Positions 50,616 through 63,275 of a DNA stretch of 64,000 nt are shown here, piece by piece. The notes beneath the pieces are model-generated. The model saw only the letters and a list, made by a program, of their open reading frames with translations. It searched no databases and was not told the DNA's origin. Source of the stretch: Cyanophora paradoxa CCMP329 (Eukaryota; Plantae; Glaucophyta). Within the stretch, counting starts at the first letter, position 1. Every line of letters starts with the position of its first letter. The stretch lies in assembly GCA_004431415.1 (NCBI GenBank), contig QPMI01000227.1, forward strand, positions 1 to 64,000, given 5' to 3'. Made by a program: the position numbers and the translations under genes.

Positions 50616-50902
50616 GGTGCAGAAGTGTGCGTACCCTGATCGAATTCCAACCCCTCCAGTGTCTTTTACTTGCTCTCTCTCTCTCTAGTTGGTCACTTGG
50701 CCGCACTTGCGCAACGAAGCTTCACTTGGCCGCACTTGCGCAACGAAGCTTGGATCTCAGGATCTCAGCTCGCTGGAGTTGGCGCTGCCAGTTCCTCTTT
50801 CGTGCCGGACTTCGCCCGCGTATACGCGTACCTACGTATATGCCACATACAGCGTGAGCGAAACCATTAGTAGCTAGCTAGCTGCGCTGCAGCTAGCTCG
50901 CA

Positions 50903-51558
50903 ATGGATCCAGCCCAGCCGGCGCCCAGCTTGGGCGCAGTCGAGCCTGGGCGCAGCCTATCGTGTGCGACGCGTCTTTCAGATGGCCTCGACGCATACAT
51001 TGACGCGTGCTGGATGGCCTTGGGCCAGGCGAGGTACAGGCCTAGGTTATTTTGCCGTGCCCTCGAGCTCTGATCCAGGCGGTGCCCAGGCATGAAGCTG
51101 GCATGCCTTGGTTTGCTTGGAACGACGAGCTTGCACGAATAGCGAACGAGCATGCGTGCAAGATGGCGTCGGGAGAATCGCCTTTCGACCACACTGGTTT
51201 TCATGAACAAAGATTGTGTTCATTCCCGCTCGGCTGCCGATTCGGGGCTGAGAACCTGTACAAGGATATCGTAAGGTGCGGGAGGCAAACCTGTAGTGCT
51301 TGCAGGGGAGCTCCAACTGCTACCCAGGTGCCCTGCTGACGTTGGCACTTGCTGCGTGTCAAGCTGGCGAACAAGTCCAGCGCACTGCGCGAATGTCTTT
51401 TGCCAGGGTGAGATAAAAGCATTTTTGACAGGTGCAGCTGTCAAAAATGCCCTTATTCGAACACAGGTGAGCTCGCTGGAGTTGGCGCTGCCAAGTCTGA
51501 GGAAGGGCAGCTCTTCATCTCGCTTTTGGTGGCTGGATTGAGTCCGTGGGGTGAATAG
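50903..51558 (+). CDS. CAP/SCP-domain protein, three introns
   Basis: WNDELARIANEHACKMA..FDH, GAENL, SWRTSPAHCANV, AGVGAA..GQLFIS. Confidence 0.75.
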
Positions 51559-51915
51559 TGCAGTGTATTGCCAAGTTGCAAATGCCAGGTAACTCTCAGT
51601 GAGCGATATATATCATATATATCTATAACGTTAACTCAGTGACGTCGACTGTTTATCAAATCATCGAAATAAAAATGTGTCCTACCTTCGCTTCGCCGGG
51701 CCGGGGCGCAAGGCCGGCCCAGCTGCATGCGCAGCGCTAGCGCTAGCGCTTTAGCTGTAGCTAGCTAGCGCAATATATATATTTAGCGCTCCATGTTTAG
51801 GCATACCAAAGTCTCGCGATCGGCTCCGCAGGGTTCAGTTTGAGTCCTGTTCCCGGGTACGTGTTCTGTTCTCGGAGAGCCCCAAGCCGGAGCCGCAGGA
51901 GCCGGCGTCCACGAG

Positions 51916-54331
51916 ATGGCGTCTCTTACGAGGTGCAGAAGGCTGATCGGTGCCCGAAAAATGGCCCGCATCCTGCTCACGCGCGTCCTCGCAGCATCCT
52001 GCCCGCGCCGAAGCACTCTGTGCCGCAGTACACACCGGATGCGGTCGCTGCGGCGGTCGATTCCATCACGAAGAAGGGCCCTCCCCCGTGAGCAGCTCCC
52101 ATCGTCCCGCGTCCCGCGCCGGGAGCGCTTGCCAACGGCGGCGCTCACTCACTCTCCTTTCGCAATGTGCGCAGATACGGGCAGCGACAAGGTGCTCCCC
52201 TTTCTCGCTTTCCGCCCCCGCTTCAGCTTTGCTGAGTTGCCCCGCTCAGGGTGGGTTCCTCGCTCGCTCGACGACTTCGGCGATGGCGGGGCGTTCCCTG
52301 GTAACCTCCGGCACCCATCGTGGCTGCTGCCCTTGTCGCTCACGTTCACCCTCAGAGATCCATGTCGCCCAGTATCCGAAGGACATGGGGCGCAAGAACA
52401 AGACGGTGCGCATCTGATCGCTCTCGTCGGCCTTGAATCCATGTAATCACTTAAGCCAGGCTTCCAACCGCATCGTCGCTGTGAAAACCGACACGGACGG
52501 CAATGTAAAGTACGATGCTATTGTGGATGGCGGCCGGCAGAGGAACGGCAAGACAATCTACTCTTCGGCAACCGATCTCATTGTGAAGGACGGGCTTGAG
52601 GAGTCGGAGCTAGCGAAGCCAGACGATGATGAGATAGCTGAGACGACGAAGCGCACGAAGAAGGCATTGGAGGATCTAGTGCAGAGTGCGTTACGAGCGA
52701 AGAGCCCCAGCCTGGTCTGTTCGGGTCCGCACTGAATCTGGTTGTCGGGACGCAGAGAAGACGTCGGCGGCTCAGCCAGTGATCAAGGGCATTCACACCA
52801 CAGCCCCGGAGGCCACTTACATTAAGTATACGCCATCGACGTCTGGTGGAACGGCGAACGCCGGTGCGATGCAGCGCGTCATCCGCATGCAGGAGACAGC
52901 TGTCGATCCCCTCGAGCCTCCCAAGTTCAAGCACAAGCGCGTCCCCAAAGGTGCTTGCTTGCACCCAATAGCTCGAGCCCGCCTCCGAGCTCCTGTGAGA
53001 TGTTTTCAGGCCCGCCGTCCCCGCCGGTGCCGGTCATGCACTCGCCTCCCCGGAAGCTTACGGCGAAGGATCAGGCGGATTGGAAGATTCCTCCTTGCAT
53101 TTCGAAGTGTGAAGTGTTTTATCGTCGTCCCTGCGCCCATCTGATTCCTGTCGCAGCTGGAAGAACGCGAAAGGATACACCATTCCACTTGATAAGCGAC
53201 TTGCTGCCGACGGGCGCGGCCTGCAGGAGGTTTTCACTCGTCCTGTTTCCCCCTGAATCTTTCCGGTGTAACGGATCGCCGCCAATCAGACGCACATCAA
53301 CGATAACTTCGCCAAGCTGTCCGAGGCGCTGTACGTCGCGGAGCGGACAGCGCGCGAGGAGGTTGAGAAGCGCGCTATGATTCAGAAGAAACTGATGCAA
53401 AAGGAAAAGGAGAAGAAGGAAGAGGAACTTCGTCGTCTCGCGGAGGAGGCTCGCAGGGCTCGGTAATTGTTGGTGCCTTCTGCAGAGATCGTGCTGGTTT
53501 GAGTGTTTCCGCAGTGCTGGCGGCCCAGCTGCGGTTCCAGATACGCCCAGTGGAGAGATTATGGCGCCGGCTTCCGAGCGGGAGACTCCAGAGGAGCGCG
53601 AACAGCGGCTTAAGCGCGAGGCGATCCGTGAGGAGAGGCGGCGCGAGCGTGAACGTGACAGGCGCATGGAGGCATCGGGCTATGACAAACGAGCGAAGAC
53701 TGGAAGCGCTCGCGACCGAGACCGTGACGTTTCCGAGAAGATCGCACTTGGCCAGGCCGCGGCTACATCGAGCGAGTACCTGTATGACCAGCGTCTCTTC
53801 AACCAGACGCAGGGCATGAGCTCTGGCTTCGGCCAGGAGGATTGTGCGTCACTCTTCTGTGTGAATGTGCTAGCAACAGATTGGGTTTTGATGTGCTCTT
53901 TTCTCGACAGCGTACAACCTCTACGACAAGCCGCTCTTTGGCGGAAGCTCCACCACGAAGCTCTACAAGCCGTCGCGTGGCGAGGACGGAGAGGACGAAA
54001 CTGCCGCGTCGAGCAGCCGCGGCCCTCGGCCGGACAAGGACTTCTCTGGCGTCGATCGCTCAAAGCAGTCTGGCGTGCGTCAGTTGATTCCTCTTGAACT
54101 CGAAAACCCGCCCTTGAGAGGGCAATGCAGCCGCGGGATCGCCCCGTGGAGTTCGAGAAGGATGCTGACGACGATCCTTTCGGTCTCAACTCCTTCCTCA
54201 CCGAGGCAAAGAAGGGCAAGGCGGCGGACAGCGGCGGCAGCATGGCTTTTGCGGCAGGCGCATCGTTTTCGGAAAGCGCAGGCCGTACCGACCGCAAGAT
54301 GGAGTTCGCCCCGTCACGGGGCGGTCGCTAA
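51916..54331 (+). CDS. SNW1: SKIP/SNW1/Prp45 splicing factor, 11 introns
   Basis: DDFGDGGAFP|EIHVAQYP, DPLEPPKFKHKRVP, MHSPPRKLT, WKIPPCISN|WKNAKGYTIPLDKRLAADGRGLQ, SEKIALG, YDQRLFNQ, DDPFGL. Confidence 0.97.
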
Positions 54332-54542
54332 CGCATGTCCGGTCCCTGCATTAGTCTTGCATTTGATCGTGACACGTGATGTGCGCTCGCTGTCTAGGCA
54401 GCAGCACATCTGTGATCCACGCTGGGCGACAATGAGTAGGCTACTATCGAAATCGAAACGGAATCGAAATCGAACCCCTCAAAATCAACAGACCACCAAC
54501 ACGTCGTTTATCTTAACCCTGGTAGTGCAATAGACCTAGCTA

Positions 54543-54684
54543 TTTTCGGTTTGGCCCCTCGGTTACGATTTCGATCTGGACGTCGATTCGCCTATCCGAC
54601 TGAGCTCTTGGATTCGATCGGCGAGCACAGCTAGCCAAACAGCTAGTCCCGATATCGTTGGCCGCGTCTGAAATGCGATTCGGT
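54543..54684 (+). repeat. diverged dispersed repeat, copy A (copy B at ~61118-61272)
   Basis: shared TTTCGGTTT(C)GGCCCCTCGGTT..GACGTCGATT..GCCTATCCGACTGAGC..TTGGATTCGATCGGC..CAGCTAG. Confidence 0.8.
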
Positions 54685-54938
54685 GCTCGTGCTGTCACAG
54701 TGTGCAACGTGAGGGGACTAGATCTCCTCGAGGACTTCTCCTTATTCTCACGACGCGTGATGCTGATTTATGCTAGGGGTGGAGAGAGGATGTCACGGGC
54801 GATTGCAAGTCCGGCTAGAGCTTAGCCGGTTGGGTGGGGTGTGGCGGAGAGTTGGGGCGTCGCTGGCATTTGGCGTGGTATGAGACGTGAAAGGAAACCT
54901 GTCGCGGGATGACTCTCGCAATGATGCGACGCAGCGTA

Positions 54939-55340
54939 TTAGTTGTAGTACAGTTCGAGGCCCTGGTGGAAGTCAGAGCGATGGCAGCGGTGCGGGCACA
55001 GCTGGGCGGACCATGCCATCGTGGATTTCGTAGTCTTCGAGCGTTATGTGATCCTTATAGATGGTGTACCACTTCTGAATGCGAATTTTCTCCGGCCGCG
55101 TGCCTGCAGGTGCAGCGTTAACGCCGCGTCCTAGAAGCAGCCGCGCAGAATGCCGGCGCACCCGTCTGAGCGGCGACGAGCTTCTTCAAGTCGCCGATCG
55201 TGTCATCTGGGCTGCGATGCTCAACTTAGCGAGTGGCGGCGGCGGGCGCAACACGACCGCTGCGCAAGCCGAGCAGCCGCTCACTTGCACTTGACCCGGA
55301 TCTTCCGGCCAAGCCGGTCATTGCAGATAACTTCGATCAT
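54939..55340 (-). CDS. UBL5: ubiquitin-like protein 5 (Hub1), three introns
   Basis: [19 protein letters not shown]|[17 protein letters not shown]|[30 protein letters not shown]|GLELYYN*. Confidence 0.97.
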
Positions 55341-55552
55341 CCGCCAGTGAGGTCGAAAACGGCGACTCTGCCTCCGCGTCCGCCGGGCTAAAGGCGCGCG
55401 CTGTGCGGGCTGCGTCGGACGAGCGGCGGAGTGGCGGTCTTCGCACCTCCGATGTTCAGTCGTTGCGGGGCTTCTGGAGCGCGTTTCCGTGGCGGGGGTT
55501 TAGAGGATGAGGGGGTACGTCAGCGTCTGCTTCCCCTAGCCCTAGCTTCGAC

Positions 55553-58500
55553 ATGGCGCTTCTCGAGGAGCTGGTATCGAAGCTTGGCGCTTCGCGAGCG
55601 ATCTCGGTGCGCGGCTGGGCTCGGCCTGGATCGGGCGAGAGTGCGCGGCGTCTTACTGGAATCGACCGCATTAGCTACAGACCCGCGCGCGGCGCTCTTG
55701 CCGCAAAAGAATTAGCTATGCGTCAATGCGTCTCTGCCGAAGGGACCTCTCGACGTCATCTTAGCTCTAAAACTATAACTAACCAGCACTACAGCGGTTA
55801 CGAGAACTGTGGATGCCGGAGCTCGCGCTCGCCCTAGTTAACGAGGAGTTGAACAAGGGTGTGACGAAGGCGCTTCTGCAAGAGAAGGCGGAGCTGCTTT
55901 CCGAGACAGGGTGCATGTTTCCATCAGCCTGATCCCCGTCGATCTGCTCATTCACCTCAGTCGAACGGAAGAAGCGATCGAAGCGTTCGGAAACGTAAGC
56001 GCCGGCGACGCCGACCCCGCCGCACCCGACGTCGCCCTCGTAGGTATCTTTGCGCGTGCAGGAGCATACTTTGGCACAGCTCAGTAATATTAATTCATCC
56101 GGACTCGCAGTGGGGCACGCCCAGCTCTTGCTTGCCAAAGATCCAGAAAAAGCGGCTGCTATGCTAGACGGCGCCGTGAAAGCGATGGCGAGCATGAACC
56201 TGCGAACGGTTCCGGATGGATTCGTTACCGCTTCCCGGGTGTGGTGCGCACTGTGACCCTCGACCCCTAGGCCTGCGGCTTCTCTTGAAATCCCGACCCG
56301 CTCGCTGCGTCCTCGCCGCGGCGCGCAGGGCGCTGAAACAGGATTACGACAAGGCTTTGGACCAAGTGGAAAGCGCGCTGGTGAAGCAGGAAACCGCGTC
56401 CGCGTTACTTGCCCAGGGCGACGTCCAGGTCTGCCTTCTGGCATTGGATAAGGGCGCTTGACTCGGCGAGCCACGGCCACGGGACAGGTCGGTCAGTATC
56501 TCAAAGAACTGAACAAGCGCATCAAGGCGGCGCACGGCGGCGCTCCGCCACCTCCACTCGCCGCCTCTCTCGTAGCCCAGCACAGCCAGGAGGTGCCGCG
56601 CCATTGGCTTGGAGGGACGGTCGCCCTGCCTGACCGGAGGCTCGCGGCGCAGCAGAAGGACGCAGCCAAGGAGAGGCTGAAGGCGGCGGCGGAGAGCTTC
56701 GGGAAGGCGGCGGCGGTGAAAGGGAACGGTGCGTGGGGCGCGCGGGGCGCGCGGGGCGGGGGCGCGGCGAGGTCGGGGCGCAGAGGGCCCGCACGTCGTC
56801 GCGCTGTGGCGGCTGGCGCTGGCGAGCGAGGAGCTCGCTCTCTTTGAGGACCTGGCCCCCGCCGCCGCCCGGGCCGTCAAGGTGATCCCCGAGGGGCGAG
56901 GCGCGGGGGGCGGGGGAGGGACGCGGGGGCACCGCAGTCGGTCAAGGCGGGAGAGGACGCGGCGGCGACGGCCTCGGCGATGGAGGACGAGATCCGGGCC
57001 ATCGCGAAGAGCGCCTTCCTCCCGCCGACGGCCACCACGGAGGAGCTCCTCAAGTGCCTGGAGGAGGAGTACAGCTCCCTCATCAAAGCCGGCAGGAGCG
57101 ACGCCGCCGCATTTGTCCAAGAGCTGCACGCGTTCAAGGCGGCGCAGGCTGCGCAGGCCGCCGAGGCCAAGGCCCGCCCCCGCCCCTCACCCGCCGCCTG
57201 CCCCGCCGACCCCGGCCGGCAGGCAGCGGCGGCGGGGGGCGCGCAGGAGAGCCCAGCCGCGCAGGCGCTGCAGCGGGCGGCCGAGGCTCTCAAGCAGGCG
57301 CGCCCGCTGCCGTGCCCCTTTGCCGGGCCAGCAGCCTCCCCGCTGAGCTGGAGGGGCCCCAGGCAGTCGCCGCCAACGCGGAGCGGCCGGAGCTGCGGAC
57401 GCGACTCGCCCGAGTCCTGCTGCTCCAGGCCCGTCCCGCCCCTCCCTGCCCAGCCACTCTCCGCCCCGTCCCTCTTTGCCGCCCTCCCGGCAGCTCAAGC
57501 GACGGCGGGCGCATGCGCAGGGGAAGGCGGGCGAGGCGCGGGAGGAGGCGAGGGCGGCAGCGGGTTGCGCGGCGGAGACGGGGCGGGGGCTGGAGGAGGC
57601 GCGCTTCTACCTCGGCCTCGCGGCGGCCGCCGGGGGGCCCCTCGACGAGGTGCGCGGGCCCCGCGGGGCCGATGTGCCGCTCAGGGCCCGCGGGCAGGAG
57701 GCGGCGGGGCACCTCGAGGCGGGGCGCCCCTCCTGCGCGCCGCCGCCACCGCCGCCGCGGGCGGGCGGGGGCAGCCGCGGGGCGAGCTGCGGGAGCTCCT
57801 GTGCGCCTCACTGGTGCGCCCGACGAACCCCGACCTGCCCCGCGGCGCCCTCGCCCTCGCCCGCCATTACCACGGTCCGCCGGCACCACCCCAGGCCCCG
57901 CGCCGCTCTTCTCCGAGCACGCGTCATTCGCAGGGGCGGGCCGGCACCGCGACGCGCTCGCCGTGCTCGAGGTGCGCGCCGGCCGCCGCCTGTGCGGGGC
58001 CCGTGGGGCGAGCGGGGGCGGCAGGAGCTGAGAGGGTTCCTGCCGGAGGCGCTGCCGCTGTGCCGGCCGCGGAGGGCCGTGCACGGTGCCCTCGAGCGCG
58101 CCCACTACGAGGCCCAGGTCCGCCCGGCGGTGCGGCGCCTCCGTCCTTCGCTCCCGCCGAGACGCCTCGCAGCTCCTGCTGGTGGAGTGCCAGCTTGCGC
58201 TCGGGTCCCGCGTCGCCGCCGCGCACGCCCTCCTGGACACGGTGATTGCGTCCCATTTCTCCGTGGAGGCCATCCGTGCTGACCCGATCTGCGACAGTTG
58301 CCGCGCCTCTTCGAGCTCGCGCGCTCCTACAACGCCCGCTCGGCGCGTTCGGCGGGGCCCCGAGCCCCGCGCGCCCCCCTGACGCGCGACGCAGGGCGTG
58401 CCGTTCCCCCTCGTGGACCTCCTGGAGGGCGCCAGCCGGCGCCTCGTCGAGCTCATGCCGAGCTACGCGCACGGGCACACGCTCCTCGGCAACGCCGCCC

Positions 58501-60361
58501 TGCTCCTCTGGTGCGGCCCGCCGGCAGCCGCGCGTGCCCTTGGGGCGAGCGCGGGCGGGGGGCAGGGAGCACGAGAAGGAGGGGGGGCGGCTGGCGGAGG
58601 CGGAGGCGGCGTACAGGCGTAGCATGCAGCTCGAGGGGACCCCCGTGGATGCCCTTGCTGACGGGCTCCGCCCCGGCCCGCCGCCTCAAGGCCTGACAGC
58701 GCCGCGGCCCTCTCTGCCGCACCCTCCGACCCCCTCGCGCAGCCGCTGCACCCTCAGGGGCGTCCTCCGCCCCCAAGCCCGCCGCCGCTGCCGCCGCCGC
58801 AAAAGGGCCCGCCAAGCCTGCAGTGAGCACGCTGAGCACTGCGAAACCCGCCGCGCCGGCAGCGGCAAAGCCGGCGGCAACGGTTACGAAGCCCGCGGCA
58901 ACGGCGGCAAAGCCGGTGGCACTGGCGACAAAGCAGGCGGCAACGGTGGCAAAGCCCGCGGCACCGGCGGCCGCAGCAGCAAAGGGGGCGCCAGCTGCTG
59001 CGGGGGCAAAGAGCGGGGCAGGCCCGGTGAGGAACCGAAGCTCCCGGCGCCCGAGCGCTCTTTGCTCGCCAGAGCAGCTGATGCATTGCCCGCTGCCGAG
59101 CAGGCTGTAAAGCCGGCGACATCCGCGCCAGGCAAGGCCGCCCCGCCAGTGGTGAGCTTCCCGCCTGCCCCCTCCGTTGCAGGCCGAGACGAGAGCAGGC
59201 GGCGAAGCCGCAGCCAGCAGGGGCGAGGCCCGGCGCCAAATCGCCTCTGAGGTCGGGGGCGACCGTGGCAGCCAAGCCGGCCGCTGCGGTGATTCGAAGG
59301 GCATGCTCGAGGCTCTACGCTCGCGCTGACTCGTGGCTGCAGACCCAGAAGCCCGCCGCCGCGGCCGCGGCCCCCGCTGCTGCCGCGCCAGCGTCGCCCG
59401 CAAAGCCCGCGGGGGCGGCGCAGTCTGCCTCCCAGGCGGGGGGCGCGCAGGGGGCGGCGGCAAGCGCGAAGTTCCTGCCCGGTGCGCGCCGGGGGGACCC
59501 CCGGTGCCGGCGGTTGGGGGCGGGGGGCGACGGGGGCCGGGGCAGGCGGCGCGGAGAAGAACCCGCGAAGCGTGGAGCCGCGGCACGGCCTCGCCAAGGC
59601 CCTCCGGGTGCGCCCGCCGCGGCGGGGCCGGCGGTCGGGCGACGGGGCGGCAGGAGAAGGGCGGCGAGGAGGCGGCCCTCGAGGGCGTCTACCGCGAGAT
59701 CATTGGCATGGTGCGCGCCGGCCAGCGCAGCCGCCCCGGGGCGAGGGCGAGGGGCCGGCAGGACGCCGCGAACCACGAGGCCGTCTTCGGCCTCGGCGGG
59801 CTCCTGGAGGCGGCCGGGCGTGTGAACGAGGCCGTCAAGGTTTATGCGGCCTTTCCCTCCGATTTCGAGAAGGTGCCGGCGCCGCCAGCGGCCACTGTGG
59901 CGGGCCGCCGCCGGGGGCGACGCGGGGCGCAGCCGAGCTTCGACGACGCGTCGCTGCACGGCGAGATAGTGAAGATGCTCTTCAAGGGGAAGCTGGCCGG
60001 GGACCCCCAGATGGTCACCTCGCTCACCCTCGTCGGCCGCGTCCTCGGCCTCACCTCCCTCGAGAAGGACATCGAGGTAGCAGCTCCCCCATCCACGTCA
60101 AGAGATCAATCCCACGCCATGGCCAAACAATGCCGATTAAACCAGATCTCAATCCCATATCTATGAATGATGACATATGCATCTAGCGCCAGCATCCCCG
60201 CATGCGCATGCCGCGGCCCCTCGCCAAGACCCGGCCGCGCGCAGCGCCTGGAGGCCCTGGGCCTCTACGAAACTCTCAAGGCCGTCTACTGCGGCGTCAA
60301 CCGGCGCCCCCTTGACGACCCCGATATGCAGCGCTTCTTTGCCTCGCGCTACTGGACATGA
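55553..60361 (+). CDS. large TPR-like helical protein, many introns
   Basis: TPR-like helices (EARFYLGLA, HGHTLLGNAAL, NHEAVFGLGGLLEAAGRVNEAVKVY) and an Ala/Pro/Lys-rich linker; exon map incomplete. Confidence 0.6.
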
Positions 60362-61117
60362 GGCTGGGGCGGCGCTTCGAGTTGGATCTGAGGGCGCCGG
60401 CCGGCTTGAGCTTTGATTTGTATTTCAAGTTTGGACCTTTGATCGCGATTTTGATGTGGATCTTGAGGCCGCCATGCACAGACTCTAGATCTGGGAGCTG
60501 ATCATGAGGCCCCCGGCGGGGGCGGGGCTTTGATTTGGATTTGGATTCGGGCCTTTGATCGCGACTTTAACTTGGATCTGAGGCTGGCAGACTTTGAGGG
60601 CTGAGGCCCGGCCAGGGCCGGGGGTTTGAGTTCGATCTGCGGGAAGCCGTGTGGATCCGGATGGCCGGGCAGGCCGCCGGGCCGCCCGCGGCCCACTCCC
60701 TGCTTGCATATTGCGCTCTTCAGCGAGCTCTCAGGCTCTCCGAGGCTCTTTGATTTCAAGTTTCGATCTGCCAGGCTTTCAAGTTTCGCGATCGGCCGCG
60801 GAAGTTTTGATTTCGATCTGACGTCGACCCAGCAACCGTTGCCGCAGTGCACTGCGGCAATTGAACCGTCGCCGAGTCGGACCGCCGATATCGATCATCG
60901 GATCCGGGCCCGGCCCGGGCGGGGTCCCGGAGTCCGAAAGATTATGGGGGCGACCGTCGGACGGGCGAGCCCTCATGAGGGCTCGCCCGTCCGACCTTAG
61001 CTTAAGGCCCGCACCTTAAGCTTTGATCTTCAAGGCTTTGACTCTATAGCCTAGTAGTGCACCCTCATGATCAGGCCTGGCCCAGTGGTAGTGCAAATTA
61101 TAATTAAAAGGCTTGGA

Positions 61118-61272
61118 TTTCGGTTTCGGCCCCTCGGTTGCGATTTCCATCTCGACGTCGATTTGCGTAATTTGCCTATCCGACTGAGCCCTTGGATTCG
61201 ATCGGCAAGCACATGTACAGCTAGTCAAGCAGCTAGCCCAGATGTTGTCGGTCGCTTCTAAAATGCAACTGG
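61118..61272 (+). repeat. diverged dispersed repeat, copy B
   Basis: aligns with 54543-54684 with small indels. Confidence 0.8.
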
Positions 61273-61515
61273 ACCTAGGCTCGAGATAGCTTCTGAGATA
61301 GCTCGAGATCGATTGCGTTACATGCCCTCGTGGGTCAGGAGAGAGCGCGCGTGGGACGGGGGCGGGAAACGAGGGCGGGGCTGGGAAGAGGAGAGGGGAA
61401 AGGGGCAGGGCGGCGGGGTGCGCCCACATGGCGTCGCTGGGGCTGGAGGGGGCAGGAGCTAGGCGGGCGAGGAGGGGTCGGAGGGGCGGGGGGCGGATGG
61501 AGACGGGCCTCGTGC

Positions 61516-62955
61516 CTAGGGGGCCGGGGAGGGGGCGGCGGGGGCGGTGCTGGGGCGGGCGGCGGCGACGGCAGAGTGGAGCTGGCGGCCGATCTCGGCG
61601 ATGCGGGGCCCCATGCGGCGCTCGGCGATGGCGGCCGCGAGGCCGCACTTGGCGGAGACGTAGAGCTCGCGCTCCCCGGCCCGCGCCGCCACCGCCATCG
61701 CCTCCTCGAAGCACCGCGCTGCCTCCTCCCGCTCGCCCCCCTCCAGCGCGATCTCCCCCAGCCGCTGCATCCCCTCCGCCTGGCCCCGCCCGTCCCCGAG
61801 CGTCTCCCCCAGCCGCACGTGCCGCTCCAGGCACGCCCTCGCCGTTCCCGCGTCGCCCCGCACGGAGGCGCCTGCCGCGCGCGGCGTGGGCCGGCGGGCG
61901 CCGCGAGCCGGCGGCGGGGCGCGCGCACCAAGGTTGCCACAGGCGACGGCCTCGCCGAGGAGGTCGGCGCTGCGCACCGCGATGCGAAGGGCGTGCCGGT
62001 GGTGCACCGCCGCCTGCGCCCAGGCGAGGCCCGCCGCCTCAGCCGGCGCCAGCGCCGCGCCGGCGCGCTCGGGGGCACCTTCTCCTGCTCGCCGAGGGCG
62101 GCGTAGGAGAGGCCGAGGTTGCAGTGGGCGGTGAACTTCCCCGCCATGTCCGCCACCTCCAGGTGCTTCAGGTGGTACTGGATCGCCTTGTACGTGCCCG
62201 CCCCTGCCGCCCCCGTCGGCCCCGCCCAGGGAGCCGCGGGGGAGGGGCCCGTCGCACCTCCGAGCATCTGGAAGTCCACGCCAAGTGCGTTGTACTGCCG
62301 GGAGAGCTCGGTCAGATAGATAGTTCTTAGAGGCGCACACGCCTCTGTGGACCGGGCCGGTCGCACCGCGATGGCCTCCCCCTCGATGTCGTTCAGCCTC
62401 CGGCACAGCGAGAGGAACCTACGCAGCGTCGGGCGCGGCCAGGGCGGGGCGCGGCGGGGGCGGCGGCGTCCGGGTGCGCACTTCTCGTACTCGAGGATGG
62501 CGCGGTCGTACTTGCCCTGGTTGTCGAGCAGGGCGCCCCGGTTGTAGTAGATTGTCGCCTCTTGCGAGAGGAGGCCGCCCCTCCGGCACGCCTCCGCCAG
62601 CATCCGATAGTCTTGCAGGTTCCGCCGCGGCCCGAACCTCTGCCCGCCCCGTGCTCATTCCAAGGCCGCCCCAGCGTGCCTGTGCCCTGCGCACCTGGAC
62701 GAATCCCAGCTTGCTGCTTGGCCCAGGTGCAGTGGATGGCCGAGCTCCCGCAGCGGTGCGTGGTGGTGCCCTCTGCACCCGCGTTGGGACGTCGGGAAGC
62801 GATATCTCCTCAAGCCGGCGCGGTGCGTTCAACGAGCCGCCAAGTGTGGATGGGGCAACCCTGTACGGAGACCCCGCGCGGGCGCCGCGGCCGGCAAGCC
62901 CTCCTGGGGGCGAGGAAGGCCGGCCGGCAGGCGCCGTCGTTGGCCTATGATCCAT
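61516..62955 (-). CDS. TPR protein (GPSM/TTC28-type repeats)
   Basis: EATIYYNRGALLDNQGKYDRAILEYEK|FL, GEAIA|YNALGV, AIQYHLKHL, AHCNLGLSY, GEAVACGNLG. Confidence 0.8.
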
Positions 62956-63275
62956 CAGCTATCCGCTTCTATGGTAGCTGCGACAATCCTTCTATGCAGC
63001 TACTTAGCTACCTCAAACTACTTAGCTACCTCAAACCTCAAAGTTGCGTACTCCCGTGCATGCGCACGGGTTGTGCGTGGCTAAGCGGGCTCTGCTGGCG
63101 TACGGGCTGTGTGTGGCTTTTTTGTTCGTTGTCGGGTACCGTAATCTATCCAACAACTTTGGGGCCGGCAAGATCTGCCCAGTTCCCAGCCCTAGCTCTA
63201 GATCCCAACAACTGAGCTGCTCTGCCGGCTCAGCGGCTCGGCCGGCTAGCTTTTAGTTCTGCCAGCTTCGCTGAA

